Source: Corallococcus sp. AB032C (GTDB lineage Bacteria > Myxococcota > Myxococcia > Myxococcales > Myxococcaceae). From it: 64,000 nucleotides of DNA. A program made the translations under genes and the position numbers. The notes beneath the pieces are model-generated. The model saw nothing but the letters and a program-made list of their open reading frames with translations. It ran no database searches and was not told where the DNA came from. The stretch covers positions 17,555 to 81,554 of the forward strand of contig NZ_RAWP01000027.1 in assembly GCF_003668935.1 (NCBI RefSeq), written 5' to 3'. Shown piece after piece: positions 9,119 through 18,723 of this stretch; position 1 is the stretch's first letter, and every line of letters starts with the position of its first letter.

Positions 9119-9787
9119 TCAGTGGATGGGCTTGCCGCGCGTCATCCGCCGGGCCTGCTCGCGCGATCCTCCCTTCACCTCGATGCGCTTGCCCTGGGGC
9201 AGCTCCTCCGGAAGCCGCAGGGAGACCTCCAGGACGCCGTTCTCGAAGTTCGCATGGATCGACTCCGTGTCGATGCCTTCCGGGAGCGGGATGACGCGGC
9301 GGAACAGACCGGTGCTGCGCTCCAGGCTCCAGATGCCCTCGGCCTCCTCTTCCTCCTCCAGTTCGAAGGAGCGTTCGCCTTCGATGATGAGCAGGTCCTT
9401 CAGCACCTCGACGTGGATGTCCTCCCGCCGCATTCCTGGCAGGTCGGCCTTCACGATGAGGTTCCCGTTGCGCTCCAGCACGTCCACCTGCGGTGACCAG
9501 AGGCCCTCCTCCAGCAGGCCGCTCCGAGCGGTGAGGCCCCGGCCTCCGAAGCCGGAGACGAGTTGGTCCATGTCCTCCATCATCCGGCGCAGCAGCCCGA
9601 ACGGACTCGCGGGCGCGGCTTCCCTGCCGATGGCCGGTGCCTGGGATTCGCGGCGGCTGATGCCAGCGCCCGTCCTCGGGTCCTGTCCCGGCGAGGTGGC
9701 GCTCGGCACCTCGGTCTGGGCGTTCTTCATGACGGGCGAGGAGGAGGGTCCCCCCTGCGCGCCTGGGTTCCTGTTGTCGGTTGCCAT
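9119..9787 (-). CDS. Hsp20/alpha-crystallin family small heat-shock protein
   Basis: Seen: alpha-crystallin domain (PQVDVLERNGNLIVKADLPGMRREDIHVEV...GVLEVSLRLP) after a low-complexity N-terminus. ATG at 9787 (MATDN) is preferred over the upstream ATG at 9847. Confidence 0.75.
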   Translation of the reverse strand: MATDNRNPGAQGGPSSSPVMKNAQTEVPSATSPGQDPRTGAGISRRESQAPAIGREAAPASPFGLLRRMMEDMDQLVSGFGGRGLTARSGLLEEGLWSPQVDVLERNGNLIVKADLPGMRREDIHVEVLKDLLIIEGERSFELEEEEEAEGIWSLERSTGLFRRVIPLPEGIDTESIHANFENGVLEVSLRLPEELPQGKRIEVKGGSREQARRMTRGKPIH

Positions 9788-9941
9788 GACGTCCTCCCCC
9801 GGTGGAGCCGGCTGGCGCCTGGCCGCCGGACCGCACCGGTCACTCAAGCGGGGATGGAATCATCCCAACCTCGAACCTGGAGGTGCGCGGCGAGGCCAAC
9901 AAGGGGCCCGGCCCCGCGGTCCGTCACGCGAGTGAGCCTCG

Positions 9942-10829
9942 CTATGCGAGCAGCGTGGCGTCCATCACGGTCAGGGCCACTCCACCGACGCGGGCGCGTT
10001 CGATGTGGCCTGGCTGGCCGGTGACCTGGATGTCGATGCGGCCCGGCTTGCCGAGCGTGTCGCCCTGTTCGATGCGACCCGACACCGTGCCGCCGTGCTC
10101 CGGCAGGCGAAGGCTCCCATGCTCGGCGAGGTAAGCCGCGAGCGGTCCCGCGGCGGAGCCCGTCACGGGGTCCTCCAGGATGCCGAAGCCCGGGACGAAG
10201 TAGCGCGCCTGGGCCACGCTCCCCTCCTCCTTCGCTTCGCGGGTGAAGAGGTAGACGCCGCGCAAGCCGTGCGGCATCAGCAGCGCGTTCATCGCCGCGC
10301 CTCGCGGCGTCAGGGCCTCCAGGTCCGCGAGCCGCCGGAGGGGCACCACCAACCGGTGACCCTGGCGGATCACCGGCAGCGACGGGTCCACCTGCGACGC
10401 GGTCCCGCCCAACGTGGCCATCAGCGCGTCCAGGGCCACGGGGTTGGGCTGCGCGGGAGGCGGGGGCGTGGCGATCCACACCCGAGTCCCACGCGTGCCC
10501 TGGGGCTCCAGCTCGATGCCGAGCGTGCCGCCGGGGCACTCCAGCGTGTACGTCCCCGGGCTTCGCAGGAGTTCCTTCTCCGCGAGCAGGTGGAAGGTGG
10601 CCACCGTGGCGTGGCCGCAGAAGGGAATCTCGTCCACGGGCGTGAAGTAGCGCAGGCGCACGGTGGCGTCACCGGGCCGGGACAGCAGGAACGCGGTCTC
10701 CGACGCGCTGACGGCCGCGGCGGTCCGCTGCATCGTGGGGACATCCAGCGCCGAGGCGTCGAGCACCACGCCCGCGCGATTTCCCGCACCGGCGGTGCGG
10801 GTGAAGGCATCGATGATGTGGACCTGCAT
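9942..10829 (-). CDS. PhzF-family isomerase-like protein
   Basis: Seen: MQVHIIDAFT...AGNRAGVV...SETAFL, FCGHATVA and YFVPGFGILEDPVTGSAAGPLAAYL match the PhzF family. Only the last 296 codons of the 831-aa ORF are coding. The ATG lies at 10829. Confidence 0.8.
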   Translation of the reverse strand: MQVHIIDAFTRTAGAGNRAGVVLDASALDVPTMQRTAAAVSASETAFLLSRPGDATVRLRYFTPVDEIPFCGHATVATFHLLAEKELLRSPGTYTLECPGGTLGIELEPQGTRGTRVWIATPPPPAQPNPVALDALMATLGGTASQVDPSLPVIRQGHRLVVPLRRLADLEALTPRGAAMNALLMPHGLRGVYLFTREAKEEGSVAQARYFVPGFGILEDPVTGSAAGPLAAYLAEHGSLRLPEHGGTVSGRIEQGDTLGKPGRIDIQVTGQPGHIERARVGGVALTVMDATLLA

Positions 10830-10973
10830 GGACGGACTCCGGACAGGGGAAGGGTCTGGGAAACAGCGCAGGCATGCTCCTCCTGGACCGTTGGCGTCAA
10901 GCGCTGGACCGACGCACCGGAGCCCCCACAACAGGGTTGAACGAGAGCGCCAGAGCAGGCACAGCAAGGATGC

Positions 10974-11750
10974 ATGAATCTCCTGAAGTCGGGTGGGTGG
11001 GTGGTGCTGGTGGTGCTGCTCCACGCGAGCGGCGCGGCGGCACAGATCGTCAACGTGCAGGCGCTCTTCGACGAGAAGGCGGAGCCGGGACCGGCCGCGG
11101 CCATCGAGCTGGGTGGCGACTGGCGCACGGGCAGCACGGAGCTGTTCTCCATTCGGGGCTCCCTGGTGGGCCAGCTGCGCTCCGAGCGTGACGTCTGGCT
11201 GGGCGTCATCCGGGGTGAGTATTCGTTCGCCAGCGGCGAGCGCATCGTCAGCCAGGTGCTGGAGCACGTGCGCTACCGGCGCAAGCTCACGGACACGGTG
11301 TCGGGCGAGATCTTCGCGCAGCACGAATACAACGAGTTCCGCCGGCTCCAGCTCCGGATCCTGCTGGGCGCGGGACCGCGCTTCATCCTGCTCAACGAGG
11401 ACCGCCTGGGGCTCACCTTCGGGGTGGCGCTGATGCTGGAGCACGAGCGGCTGCGCAAGGACGGAGAGCCGGACGCGGGAGACCGCTACACGGATCCGCG
11501 AGTCTCCAGCTACCTGCTGGGACGGATAAAGCTGATGGAGAACATCAACCTCGTGGAGACGGTCTACATCCAGCCGCGAGTCACCCGTCCCTCCGACCTG
11601 CGCGTGCTCAACGAGACGATCTTCGCGGTGACACCCAATCCCCGCGTCACAGTGGGCATCGGCTTCAACCTCACCTACGACAGCGCGCCGCCCGCGACAG
11701 TGCCCGCCCTGGACACGCAGCTGCGCACCACGGTGGGTGTGAAGCTTTGA
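10974..11750 (+). CDS. Putative outer-membrane beta-barrel protein (DUF481-like) with signal peptide
   Basis: Seen: N-terminal signal peptide (VVLVVLLHASGAAAQ), alternating hydrophobic beta-strand pattern, C-terminal aromatic/hydrophobic end (TTVGVKL). Family assignment is from memory. Confidence 0.55.
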   Translation: MNLLKSGGWVVLVVLLHASGAAAQIVNVQALFDEKAEPGPAAAIELGGDWRTGSTELFSIRGSLVGQLRSERDVWLGVIRGEYSFASGERIVSQVLEHVRYRRKLTDTVSGEIFAQHEYNEFRRLQLRILLGAGPRFILLNEDRLGLTFGVALMLEHERLRKDGEPDAGDRYTDPRVSSYLLGRIKLMENINLVETVYIQPRVTRPSDLRVLNETIFAVTPNPRVTVGIGFNLTYDSAPPATVPALDTQLRTTVGVKL

Positions 11751-12132
11751 GTGGGTGGCAAGGAGCGCGTTGACGAACCGGGCGCGGAAGCCAGGCTCGG
11801 GAGGAAGCATCTTCTCCAGCGTCAACGGTTCACCCACGGTCACCGCGCGCGGCGTGCGCCTGGGGCCCTGCACCACCAGGCCCCGCGCCGCGATCCACCG
11901 AAGCGCGTCGCGCGCTGTGTCCCGGAATACGGAATAGAGACGCGCCAGCTTCGCTTCCGTTCCGAATCGCGCACGGGCCGTCAGTCTCCCAAGCGAAAGC
12001 CCGCGCTCGAACTGCGCCCCCACATCCACCACGCTCCCCACTCGCACCATCCCCATCCCCTCTTCGTCCCAGCATCGCCATCCAACCACAGGGGTCTGAC
12101 ATGGACTCGACGTCACCCGTCGGGCCAGCACG

Positions 12133-12347
12133 GCCCCGGGCCCCATGCGGCGAAAACCTGTCCGACTGTCGGACAGGTTTGGAGGGAACCGGCCCCGTGC
12201 GGGCGCCGCTGTCCGTGACATCACCTTGGCGTCGGCACGCCCGACGTCGCTCAATGGCGGGGCTGGCGTGGCCCCGGGCCTCATGCAGGGGAAGCCTGTC
12301 CGACTGTCGGACAAGTTTGGAGGTAACCGGCCCCGGGCGGGCGCCTC
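12133..12347. repeat. Two direct copies (12133-12207 and 12271-12347, period about 138 bp) of a ~75-bp element with a 21-bp perfect palindrome core CCTGTCCGACTGTCGGACAGG
   Basis: Seen: the copies are about 85% identical. The palindrome core is at 12157-12177 (perfect) and 12295-12313 (19/21). The element lies in a 745-bp intergenic region upstream of proC. Confidence 0.8.
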
Positions 12348-12495
12348 TCTTCGTGGGCCCGCCCCACCGCCCGCGCCTGCATCCCGTCGGTCCCCATTGC
12401 CGCACCCCGCCAAGGCGCGCGCCGTCGCGGAGACCACAGGGTCACGGACCCTGTTGGCGAACTCCTGGCGGCCTACCTGAGGTTAGGCTTCAGCC

Positions 12496-13347
12496 ATGGC
12501 GTCCCCCTCCATTCCCGCCCCCGTCGTCCTTTTGGGGGGCGGCAAGATCGCCGAAGCCCTCATCCTGGGACTGTTGCGGTCCGGCCACGTACGTCCTTCG
12601 GACCTTCGCGTCACGGTGCGCCGGCCCGAGCGCGGAGAGGAATTGCGCTCCCGGCACGGCGTGCACGTCCTCATGGACAACGCGCAGGCGGTGCGGGGCG
12701 CGGGCGTAGTCGTGCTGGCGGTGCGACAGGCGCAGCTGCGGGACCTGATGGCGGTCATCTCGCCTGCCTTGGAACATGGGCAGACCGTGGTGTCGCTTTC
12801 CGCGGACGTGCGGCTCGCGCAGTTGGAAGCGGCTTTGCCCTCCAGCGTCTCCGTCATCCGCGCCCTGCCCCATACGCCCGTGCGCGTGGGAGCAGGCGTG
12901 ACGCCCCTGACGGCCGGGACCCGAGCGACGGAGACCGCGAGACAGGCCACCGAGTCCGTCTTCGCGGCGACGGGACGGCCCATGTGGATGACCGAGGAAG
13001 CGCTCACCGTCTGCACGGGCGTGTGCGGCACGGGCCCCGCGTATGTCTTCCGCTTCGTGGAGACCCTGGCCCAGGCCGCGATGGCGCACGGAATGGACGC
13101 GGCGGAAGCGGCGGCACTCGCGAAGGAAACGCTCATTGGCGCGGCGAAGCTGTTGGCCGAACCCGGCGCCACCACCCCTCGCCTCATCACGGAAATAGCG
13201 ACCCCGGGAGGCATCACCGAGGCGGGCCTGATGGCGATGGACTCCCACGGCCTCCCTCGCGTCGTGGGCGAAGCGGTCTCCGTCGCCATCCAGCGCACCC
13301 GGGAGCGCGCGGACGCGAACGCCGCGGCCTACAGCGCGCCGAAGTGA
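12496..13347 (+). CDS. proC: Pyrroline-5-carboxylate reductase
   Basis: Seen: N-terminal Rossmann fold (VLLGGGKIAEALILGLL), a P5CR dimerisation-domain motif (GVCGTGPAYVFRFVETLAQAAMAHGM) and TPGGITEAGL. Confidence 0.85.
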   Translation: MASPSIPAPVVLLGGGKIAEALILGLLRSGHVRPSDLRVTVRRPERGEELRSRHGVHVLMDNAQAVRGAGVVVLAVRQAQLRDLMAVISPALEHGQTVVSLSADVRLAQLEAALPSSVSVIRALPHTPVRVGAGVTPLTAGTRATETARQATESVFAATGRPMWMTEEALTVCTGVCGTGPAYVFRFVETLAQAAMAHGMDAAEAAALAKETLIGAAKLLAEPGATTPRLITEIATPGGITEAGLMAMDSHGLPRVVGEAVSVAIQRTRERADANAAAYSAPK

Positions 13348-14013
13348 CGCTTGATCCCCCGCTGGCCTCCAGGCGTGACAATGAGGCCGCGAGAATCGGG
13401 CTGACGTTCCACCCATCCCAATGAGAACACCTGGGCGGCGAGCGCTGCGCCCAACGCCCCTGCAAGGTGATCGCGCCGCTCGCTCCAGTCCAGGCAGCGG
13501 TGGGCGAAGTGGCGCCGCTGCTCGCGCACGGGCGCCAGGTCGATGCCGAAGTCCTGGAACCACGCCTCGCCGCTCGGGGTGAGCGCGAATGCCCGTTTAC
13601 GAAGGGAGAGATGCCCGGCCCGTAGGAGCGCGTCGGTGATGCCCATGCCCAATCTGCCCGCCAGATGGTCGTAGCAATAGCGCGCGGCACGCAGGGGTTC
13701 CGGAGTCACTGACGCACGGGGTCCACGGACCGCCACGGTCATCAGCGCTTCCACCATCCGCGCCACGGTGGGCGTGGCGATCCGGAACACCTTGTTGCGC
13801 CCCTGCCGGGTGACGCGGACCAGCCGGGCCTGCTCCAGCCGCTGAAGGTGCGCGGTCGCCGTCGCGGGGCTGACGCCCGTACCGAACGCGAGCTCCTTCG
13901 CGACGAGCGCCCGTCCCTCCATGAGCAGCTCCAGCATCCGGATCCGCGTGGCGTCACCCACGGCCGTGGCCAGCGTCGTGAGGTCCGGCCCTGCATTCAT
14001 CGTTCGGTCCATG
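13329..14013 (-). CDS. ArsR/SmtB-family transcriptional regulator with C-terminal extension
   Basis: Seen: winged-helix HTH (IRMLELLMEGRALVAKELAFGTGVSPATATAHLQRLEQARLV). ATG at 14013 (MDRTMNAG). Divergent from the P450 gene, 62 bp away. Confidence 0.75.
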
Positions 14014-14075
14014 GCGAACCATTTCCTAGCACACGGACACGGCAACGGCAGCAGAGTGTCCGGCCACGAGGACCG

Positions 14076-15197
14076 ATGACACCGCCCACCGACCCGTATC
14101 AGGCCGTCACCCACCCGGACCCATACCCCTACTACGCGGAGCTTCGCGCCCGGGGCGGACTGCACCGCGTCCCCGGCTTCGGGCCATGGATCGCGGCGGA
14201 TGCGGCCACCGTCCGCGCGGTGCTCACGAGCGAGCACTGCCGGGTCCGGCCACTGTCGGAACCGGTGCCTCCGCATCTGGTGGGCACCGCCGCCGGGTCC
14301 CTCTTTGGCCGGCTGGTGCGGATGAACGAAGGTGGCCCCTACCCCGCCGTGAAGCAGACGCTTTCGCGCGCATTGCCGGAGGCGCTGTGTGAGGTCGAAG
14401 CGGAGAGCCGCCGCCAGGCGGCCCGGCTGTTCGCGACGCCCTCACTGTCTCGGCTGCCGGACGCCGCCCTCCAGCTTCCCGTGTTCGTGCTGGGGTCGCT
14501 GCTGGGCTTCCCGGAAGACACGCTGGAGGCGAGCGTGCAGGACGTGGATGCCTATGTCCGCTCGGCCGCCGGTCCTCCCGCGGGCAGTGAGGGTGCGGCG
14601 AGGCTGAACGAACGCGTGGCGGCCTGCTTCCAGTCCACGGCGAGGACCGCGTTCACGACGCGGCTTCTGGAAGGCCATGGCTCGGAGGACCTGCGCATCC
14701 CGAACGCCGTGGGTCTGCTTACCCAGGCATATGAAGCGACGGCCGGGCTCCTGGGCTCGACGCTGCGGGCCTTCGCTCACGTGCCCGAGTTGCGCGAGCA
14801 ACTCTCACATGGCGCGTGCACGATGGACGACGTGGTCCAGGAAGCGGCTCGACACGATTCCCCGGTCCAGAACACGCGACGCTTCACCCACGCCGCCGCG
14901 ACCATCGCGGGTCAGGCGCTGGAGGCCGGTGCGACCGTGGTCGTCGTGCTCGCCGCCGCGAATCGGGATCCACTCGAGAATCCCCAGCCCGACGCCTTCC
15001 TGCCAAAGCGCGCGCGGCGCCAGAGCTTCACCTTCGGCCTGGGCTCGCATGCCTGCCCCGGGCCCCTGCTCGCGACGACGATGGCCAAGGCGGCGGCGGT
15101 GCGTGTGCTCGCGAGCGGCCTGGACCTGTCACCGTTGTCGGGCCCCGTCACCTGGCGTGCTTCCACCAATGCCCGCGTCCTGGGAGGACTGGAATGA
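14076..15197 (+). CDS. Cytochrome P450
   Basis: Seen: heme-binding loop FTFGLGSHACPG, EXXR (EAARHDSPVQNTRR) and an I-helix-like segment. ATG at 14076 is in frame with ORF 13848..15197. Confidence 0.85.
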   Translation: MTPPTDPYQAVTHPDPYPYYAELRARGGLHRVPGFGPWIAADAATVRAVLTSEHCRVRPLSEPVPPHLVGTAAGSLFGRLVRMNEGGPYPAVKQTLSRALPEALCEVEAESRRQAARLFATPSLSRLPDAALQLPVFVLGSLLGFPEDTLEASVQDVDAYVRSAAGPPAGSEGAARLNERVAACFQSTARTAFTTRLLEGHGSEDLRIPNAVGLLTQAYEATAGLLGSTLRAFAHVPELREQLSHGACTMDDVVQEAARHDSPVQNTRRFTHAAATIAGQALEAGATVVVVLAAANRDPLENPQPDAFLPKRARRQSFTFGLGSHACPGPLLATTMAKAAAVRVLASGLDLSPLSGPVTWRASTNARVLGGLE

Positions 15198-15538
15198 TTG
15201 CTGTCATCTTCGAGGTCTGGACACACGAGTCGCATCGGCAGCGATACCTGGACCTCGCGGCGGAGCTGCGGCCCCTGCTGGCGGACATCGACGGCTTCAT
15301 CTCCATCGAGCGGTTCCAGAGCCTCAGCACCCCGGGGAAGCTGCTGTCCCTGTCCTACTGGCGCGACGAGGCGGCGGTGGCGGAGTGGCGGCGCCAGGAG
15401 GCCCACCGTGAGGCCCAACGCGAAGGCCGGGGTGGCGTGTTCAGCGACTACCGCCTGCGAGTGGCGCACGTCGTGAGGGATTACGGCTTGAAGGACCGGG
15501 CGGCCGTGCCCGCCGACAGTCGCACCGTGCACGACTGA
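15194..15538 (+). CDS. ABM-domain monooxygenase-like protein, translationally coupled to the P450 gene
   Basis: Seen: ATGA overlap with the P450 stop. 114 aa. MIAVIFEVW...YLDLAAELRPLLADIDGFISIERFQS...SYWRDEAAVAEW is typical of ABM-fold proteins. Confidence 0.7.
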   Translation: MIAVIFEVWTHESHRQRYLDLAAELRPLLADIDGFISIERFQSLSTPGKLLSLSYWRDEAAVAEWRRQEAHREAQREGRGGVFSDYRLRVAHVVRDYGLKDRAAVPADSRTVHD

Positions 15539-15621
15539 CGTGGCCGGCGCACGGCGGCTGTCTTCCCGCCCGTCCCTCCCATGCGGGCCATGACTCCCCC
15601 ACCTTCTTTGGGGGGTGGACG

Positions 15622-16020
15622 ATGAAGCGAGGCCATTGGAGAGGTGCCTGGGGGCTGGCTGCCGCGCTGCTCGGGCTTCCGGCGGTGGGGCAGATGGAAG
15701 GCCCACCCGAGGGTGCGTCGCAATACTCCTGCTTCGAAGCGGCGCGCCAGGGCAGCTCGGTGAGTGAGAGCATCGCGGCGCAGCTCTGCCAGGGTGCCCG
15801 TTCCGACACCCCGGCACAGTGCTTCCTCCGGGTGAAGGAGAAGGGCTTCCTCGCCGACCCGCAGGCGCTCCAGCTCTGCCAGTACGCCCAGCCCTCGGAT
15901 GATCCCGCGGCATGCTTCTTCAAGGCGCGGACGTCCTCGTTCCTGGACGAGACCCAGCTCCTGGAGCTCTGCCGCCCGCCCATCGCGCAGATGCTGAAGA
16001 TGTGTCCCTACGGTCCGTGA
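15622..16020 (+). CDS. Small secreted protein with three ~30-aa Cys-containing repeats (LCQ.A..D.PA.CF......FL)
   Basis: Seen: signal peptide (WGLAAALLGLPAVGQ), then three repeats each with two conserved Cys. No homolog recognised. Confidence 0.55.
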   Translation: MKRGHWRGAWGLAAALLGLPAVGQMEGPPEGASQYSCFEAARQGSSVSESIAAQLCQGARSDTPAQCFLRVKEKGFLADPQALQLCQYAQPSDDPAACFFKARTSSFLDETQLLELCRPPIAQMLKMCPYGP

Positions 16021-16038
16021 GGCTTCACGCCGTGGGGC

Positions 16039-18723
16039 TCACCGGGCGCGGAGGAACGCCTTGACGCTCGGGGACTGGAGCTTCTGGGACTCGATGCACA
16101 GCCGGATGGACTCCAGGGCCCGGGTGAGCGCGCGCGGTCCGCCTTCAATCTTGTCCACGCGGGGCGTGAGGAACGTCTCCACCTGCGCCAGGTGGATGTC
16201 ATCGCAGAGGCTCCCCGTCTGGCCAATCAGCCGGCCCAGCTCATCCGAACGCAGCCGCTGGGCCAGCGCATCGAAGTGCGTCTGGTAGAAGTTCCACGCC
16301 AGCGACTGCGACTCCGGCGACATCAACGCCATCCGGAGGATGATCTGCGAGTCGCGCACGTCGAAGTCCGGAGACACCACGAGCCCCAACGCCCTCCACA
16401 ACAGCTCCGGGCTCCGGAAGTAGCCCAGCGACATCAGCAGCCGGGAACGCTCGGTGCGGTCCTGTTCCTTCTTCGCCGCTTCCAGCAGCGCGTCGAACAG
16501 CGCCGCATCGCCGTGCGTCGCCGCTCGGGGCAGCGCGGCACTGAACGCCTCCGGGTCCACCGACTTGCGGTCCGCCAGCCATGCGCGCACCAGGGGCAGC
16601 GCCTCCTTCACCAGCCGAGGGTCATCGCCCAGACCCCCGGCCAGCCGGAGGAACAGGGAGCGTGAATCCTTCACGGAGTCGTCCTCGCCCGGCTTCGGCA
16701 CCCAGCCCATGGCCCGCGCGCGCGCCGAGTAGAGCGAGGCCACCCACGCGCGGAAGCGCTGGCGCTCCTCGGGCGTGAGCTGCTCCAGACGCACGAGCTC
16801 CAGCAGCGAGGCGCCGCTCTGCACCACGAGCCGGTTCGTCGACTTCGCGGAGGCAGGCACCGCCTTCAGCGCCTCCCCCAGCGGCAGGTCGCCCCGGCTC
16901 ACCGCCGCATCCACATCCGCCCAGAGCGCCATCTGCTCCGCGGGAGTGAAGGCGGCGGCCGGAGTCGCGAGCAGCTTCGTCAACTGCTCGCGGGTGTAAC
17001 CGCCGCGGTAGTAACCCGTGCCGCCCGCGTTGAGCAGCACCCACGCCGGGCACTGCTTCGAGGGCAGCGCGACCTCCGTCGAGGGCCCCTGCACCATCGA
17101 GCACACCCGCGACGACTGCGTGCCCGTGCCCACGCGAAGACACACGGGCACCTGCCATTCCTGCCGCGAGTCCGCCTTGGAGCCCACGGGCAGGTACCGC
17201 TCCTGCGACAGCTTCACGGACGGAGCACCGCCCGCCGGGCACGACAGCTGCGCGGTGATCCGAGGCGCCCCGCTCCGCTCGATGAACCCGCCGAAGGATT
17301 GCGCCACCTCCGGCCCCGCCGCCTGGGACAGGTCCGCGAGGAAGTCCTCCATCGTCGCGACCTTCCACGCGTGCTTGCGGACATAGCCCCGGAGGAAGTC
17401 GCGGAAGCGCTCCGGTCCCATCCAGGCCTCGTACATGGCGATGACGGACGAGCCCTTGTCATACGTCGTCCCGTTGTCGAACGAGCCCACGATGTCGTCA
17501 TTGCTCTCCACCGGCTTGCGCACGGGCAGCGCCGACGCCAGCTCATCCGACGCCAGGGCGGAGCGGGTCGCGGACATGGCGCGCTCCTGCTGGTAGTCCC
17601 AGGACGGCTCCAGCCGGTCCACGGTCTGCCGGTCCAACCACGCGGTGAAGGATTCGTTCAGCCAGATGTCGTTCCACCAGGAGCAGGTGACGACGTCCCC
17701 GAACCAGTAGTGGCCCAGCTCATGGTTGGCGATGACCGCGTACGACTTGCGGCGAGCCAGCGTCTCCTCGCCGGGCGGAATGAGCGTGAGCGGCTGTCCG
17801 AGCGCGACGATGCCCGGGTGCTCCATGGTGCCCCAGTACCGGGGCACGACCGCCACATCGAGCTTCTCGTACGGATACGGCTGGTCGAAGAAGTCCTCCA
17901 GTCCCTTCACGATGCGAGGCGTGATGCTCGCGGCGAAGCGAGTCTCCGCACCCCGGCCCTTGGGGACGATGAAGCGCAGCGGCACGTTCGTGCGTCCCAC
18001 GGTGCCTGCCTCCACCACGTCGAACGGCCCCACCATGAAGGCCACGAGGTAGCTGGGCATCGGCTTGCTTTCCGCGAAGGTGACGCGCTCCAGGCCGTCC
18101 GCCAGCGGTTCGCGCGACACGACGGGATGGTTGGCCAGCGCCACGTGTCCGGCCTTCACGGTGAAGCGCAGGCGCCACGGCACCTTGAAGGTCGGCTCGT
18201 CGAAGCACGGGAAGGCACGGCGCGCGTCGATGGGCTCGAAGAACGTGTAGAGGTAGGGCTCACCGCCCTCCTCCACCCCGTAGATGCCCTGGCTGCGCTC
18301 ACGGTCCACCTTGCCCGTGAAGTCGAGCAGGAGCTGGGCCTTGCCCACCGGCAGTTCCTCCGGCAGCAGCAATCCCAGACGTCCTTCGGGCGCGGTGACA
18401 GGCTTCGCGGCGAACGTGCGGCCCGCCACGGTGACACGCGCCCGCGTCACTTCCACGTCCTGCGCATGCAGCCACACCTGGCGCACGGGCTCGCGGACCT
18501 CCACGTCGATGGTGACGCTCCCCGGGTACGTGTCCTCCTTGGGCACGAGCTTCAGGTCCAGCGCGTAGTGCACGGGCCGCACGGTGTCCGGCAACCGTAG
18601 CGCGGGAGGCAGTGCCTCCGGCCACGAGACGGCGGGCGGCGCGGAAGCAGCCGGTGCGGCCTCCGGCGCGTGGGCACAGCGGACGGTCAACACCACCAGG
18701 ACGAGGAGTGGGAGCAGTCGCAT
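16039..18723 (-). CDS. pepN: Secreted M1-family aminopeptidase N
   Basis: Seen: signal peptide; gluzincin motif HELGHYWFGD...WLNESFTAW; GAMEN-like upstream region; 894 aa. Confidence 0.85.
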   Translation of the reverse strand: MRLLPLLVLVVLTVRCAHAPEAAPAASAPPAVSWPEALPPALRLPDTVRPVHYALDLKLVPKEDTYPGSVTIDVEVREPVRQVWLHAQDVEVTRARVTVAGRTFAAKPVTAPEGRLGLLLPEELPVGKAQLLLDFTGKVDRERSQGIYGVEEGGEPYLYTFFEPIDARRAFPCFDEPTFKVPWRLRFTVKAGHVALANHPVVSREPLADGLERVTFAESKPMPSYLVAFMVGPFDVVEAGTVGRTNVPLRFIVPKGRGAETRFAASITPRIVKGLEDFFDQPYPYEKLDVAVVPRYWGTMEHPGIVALGQPLTLIPPGEETLARRKSYAVIANHELGHYWFGDVVTCSWWNDIWLNESFTAWLDRQTVDRLEPSWDYQQERAMSATRSALASDELASALPVRKPVESNDDIVGSFDNGTTYDKGSSVIAMYEAWMGPERFRDFLRGYVRKHAWKVATMEDFLADLSQAAGPEVAQSFGGFIERSGAPRITAQLSCPAGGAPSVKLSQERYLPVGSKADSRQEWQVPVCLRVGTGTQSSRVCSMVQGPSTEVALPSKQCPAWVLLNAGGTGYYRGGYTREQLTKLLATPAAAFTPAEQMALWADVDAAVSRGDLPLGEALKAVPASAKSTNRLVVQSGASLLELVRLEQLTPEERQRFRAWVASLYSARARAMGWVPKPGEDDSVKDSRSLFLRLAGGLGDDPRLVKEALPLVRAWLADRKSVDPEAFSAALPRAATHGDAALFDALLEAAKKEQDRTERSRLLMSLGYFRSPELLWRALGLVVSPDFDVRDSQIILRMALMSPESQSLAWNFYQTHFDALAQRLRSDELGRLIGQTGSLCDDIHLAQVETFLTPRVDKIEGGPRALTRALESIRLCIESQKLQSPSVKAFLRAR

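Noticed and set aside
9942-12437. 831-aa minus-strand ORF spanning the PhzF gene, the DUF481-like gene region and the repeat region
   Set aside because: Only the last 296 codons (from ATG 10829) show protein-family similarity (PhzF). The remainder is antisense to a well-supported plus-strand gene and runs through non-coding repeats. It is a typical high-GC read-through ORF.
12145-12480. 111-aa ORF encoding a twice-repeated peptide (KPVRLSD(R/K)FGGNRPRAGA)
   Set aside because: The peptide duplication simply mirrors the 75-bp DNA direct repeat. There is no RBS and no protein-like composition, so it is treated as non-coding repeat DNA.
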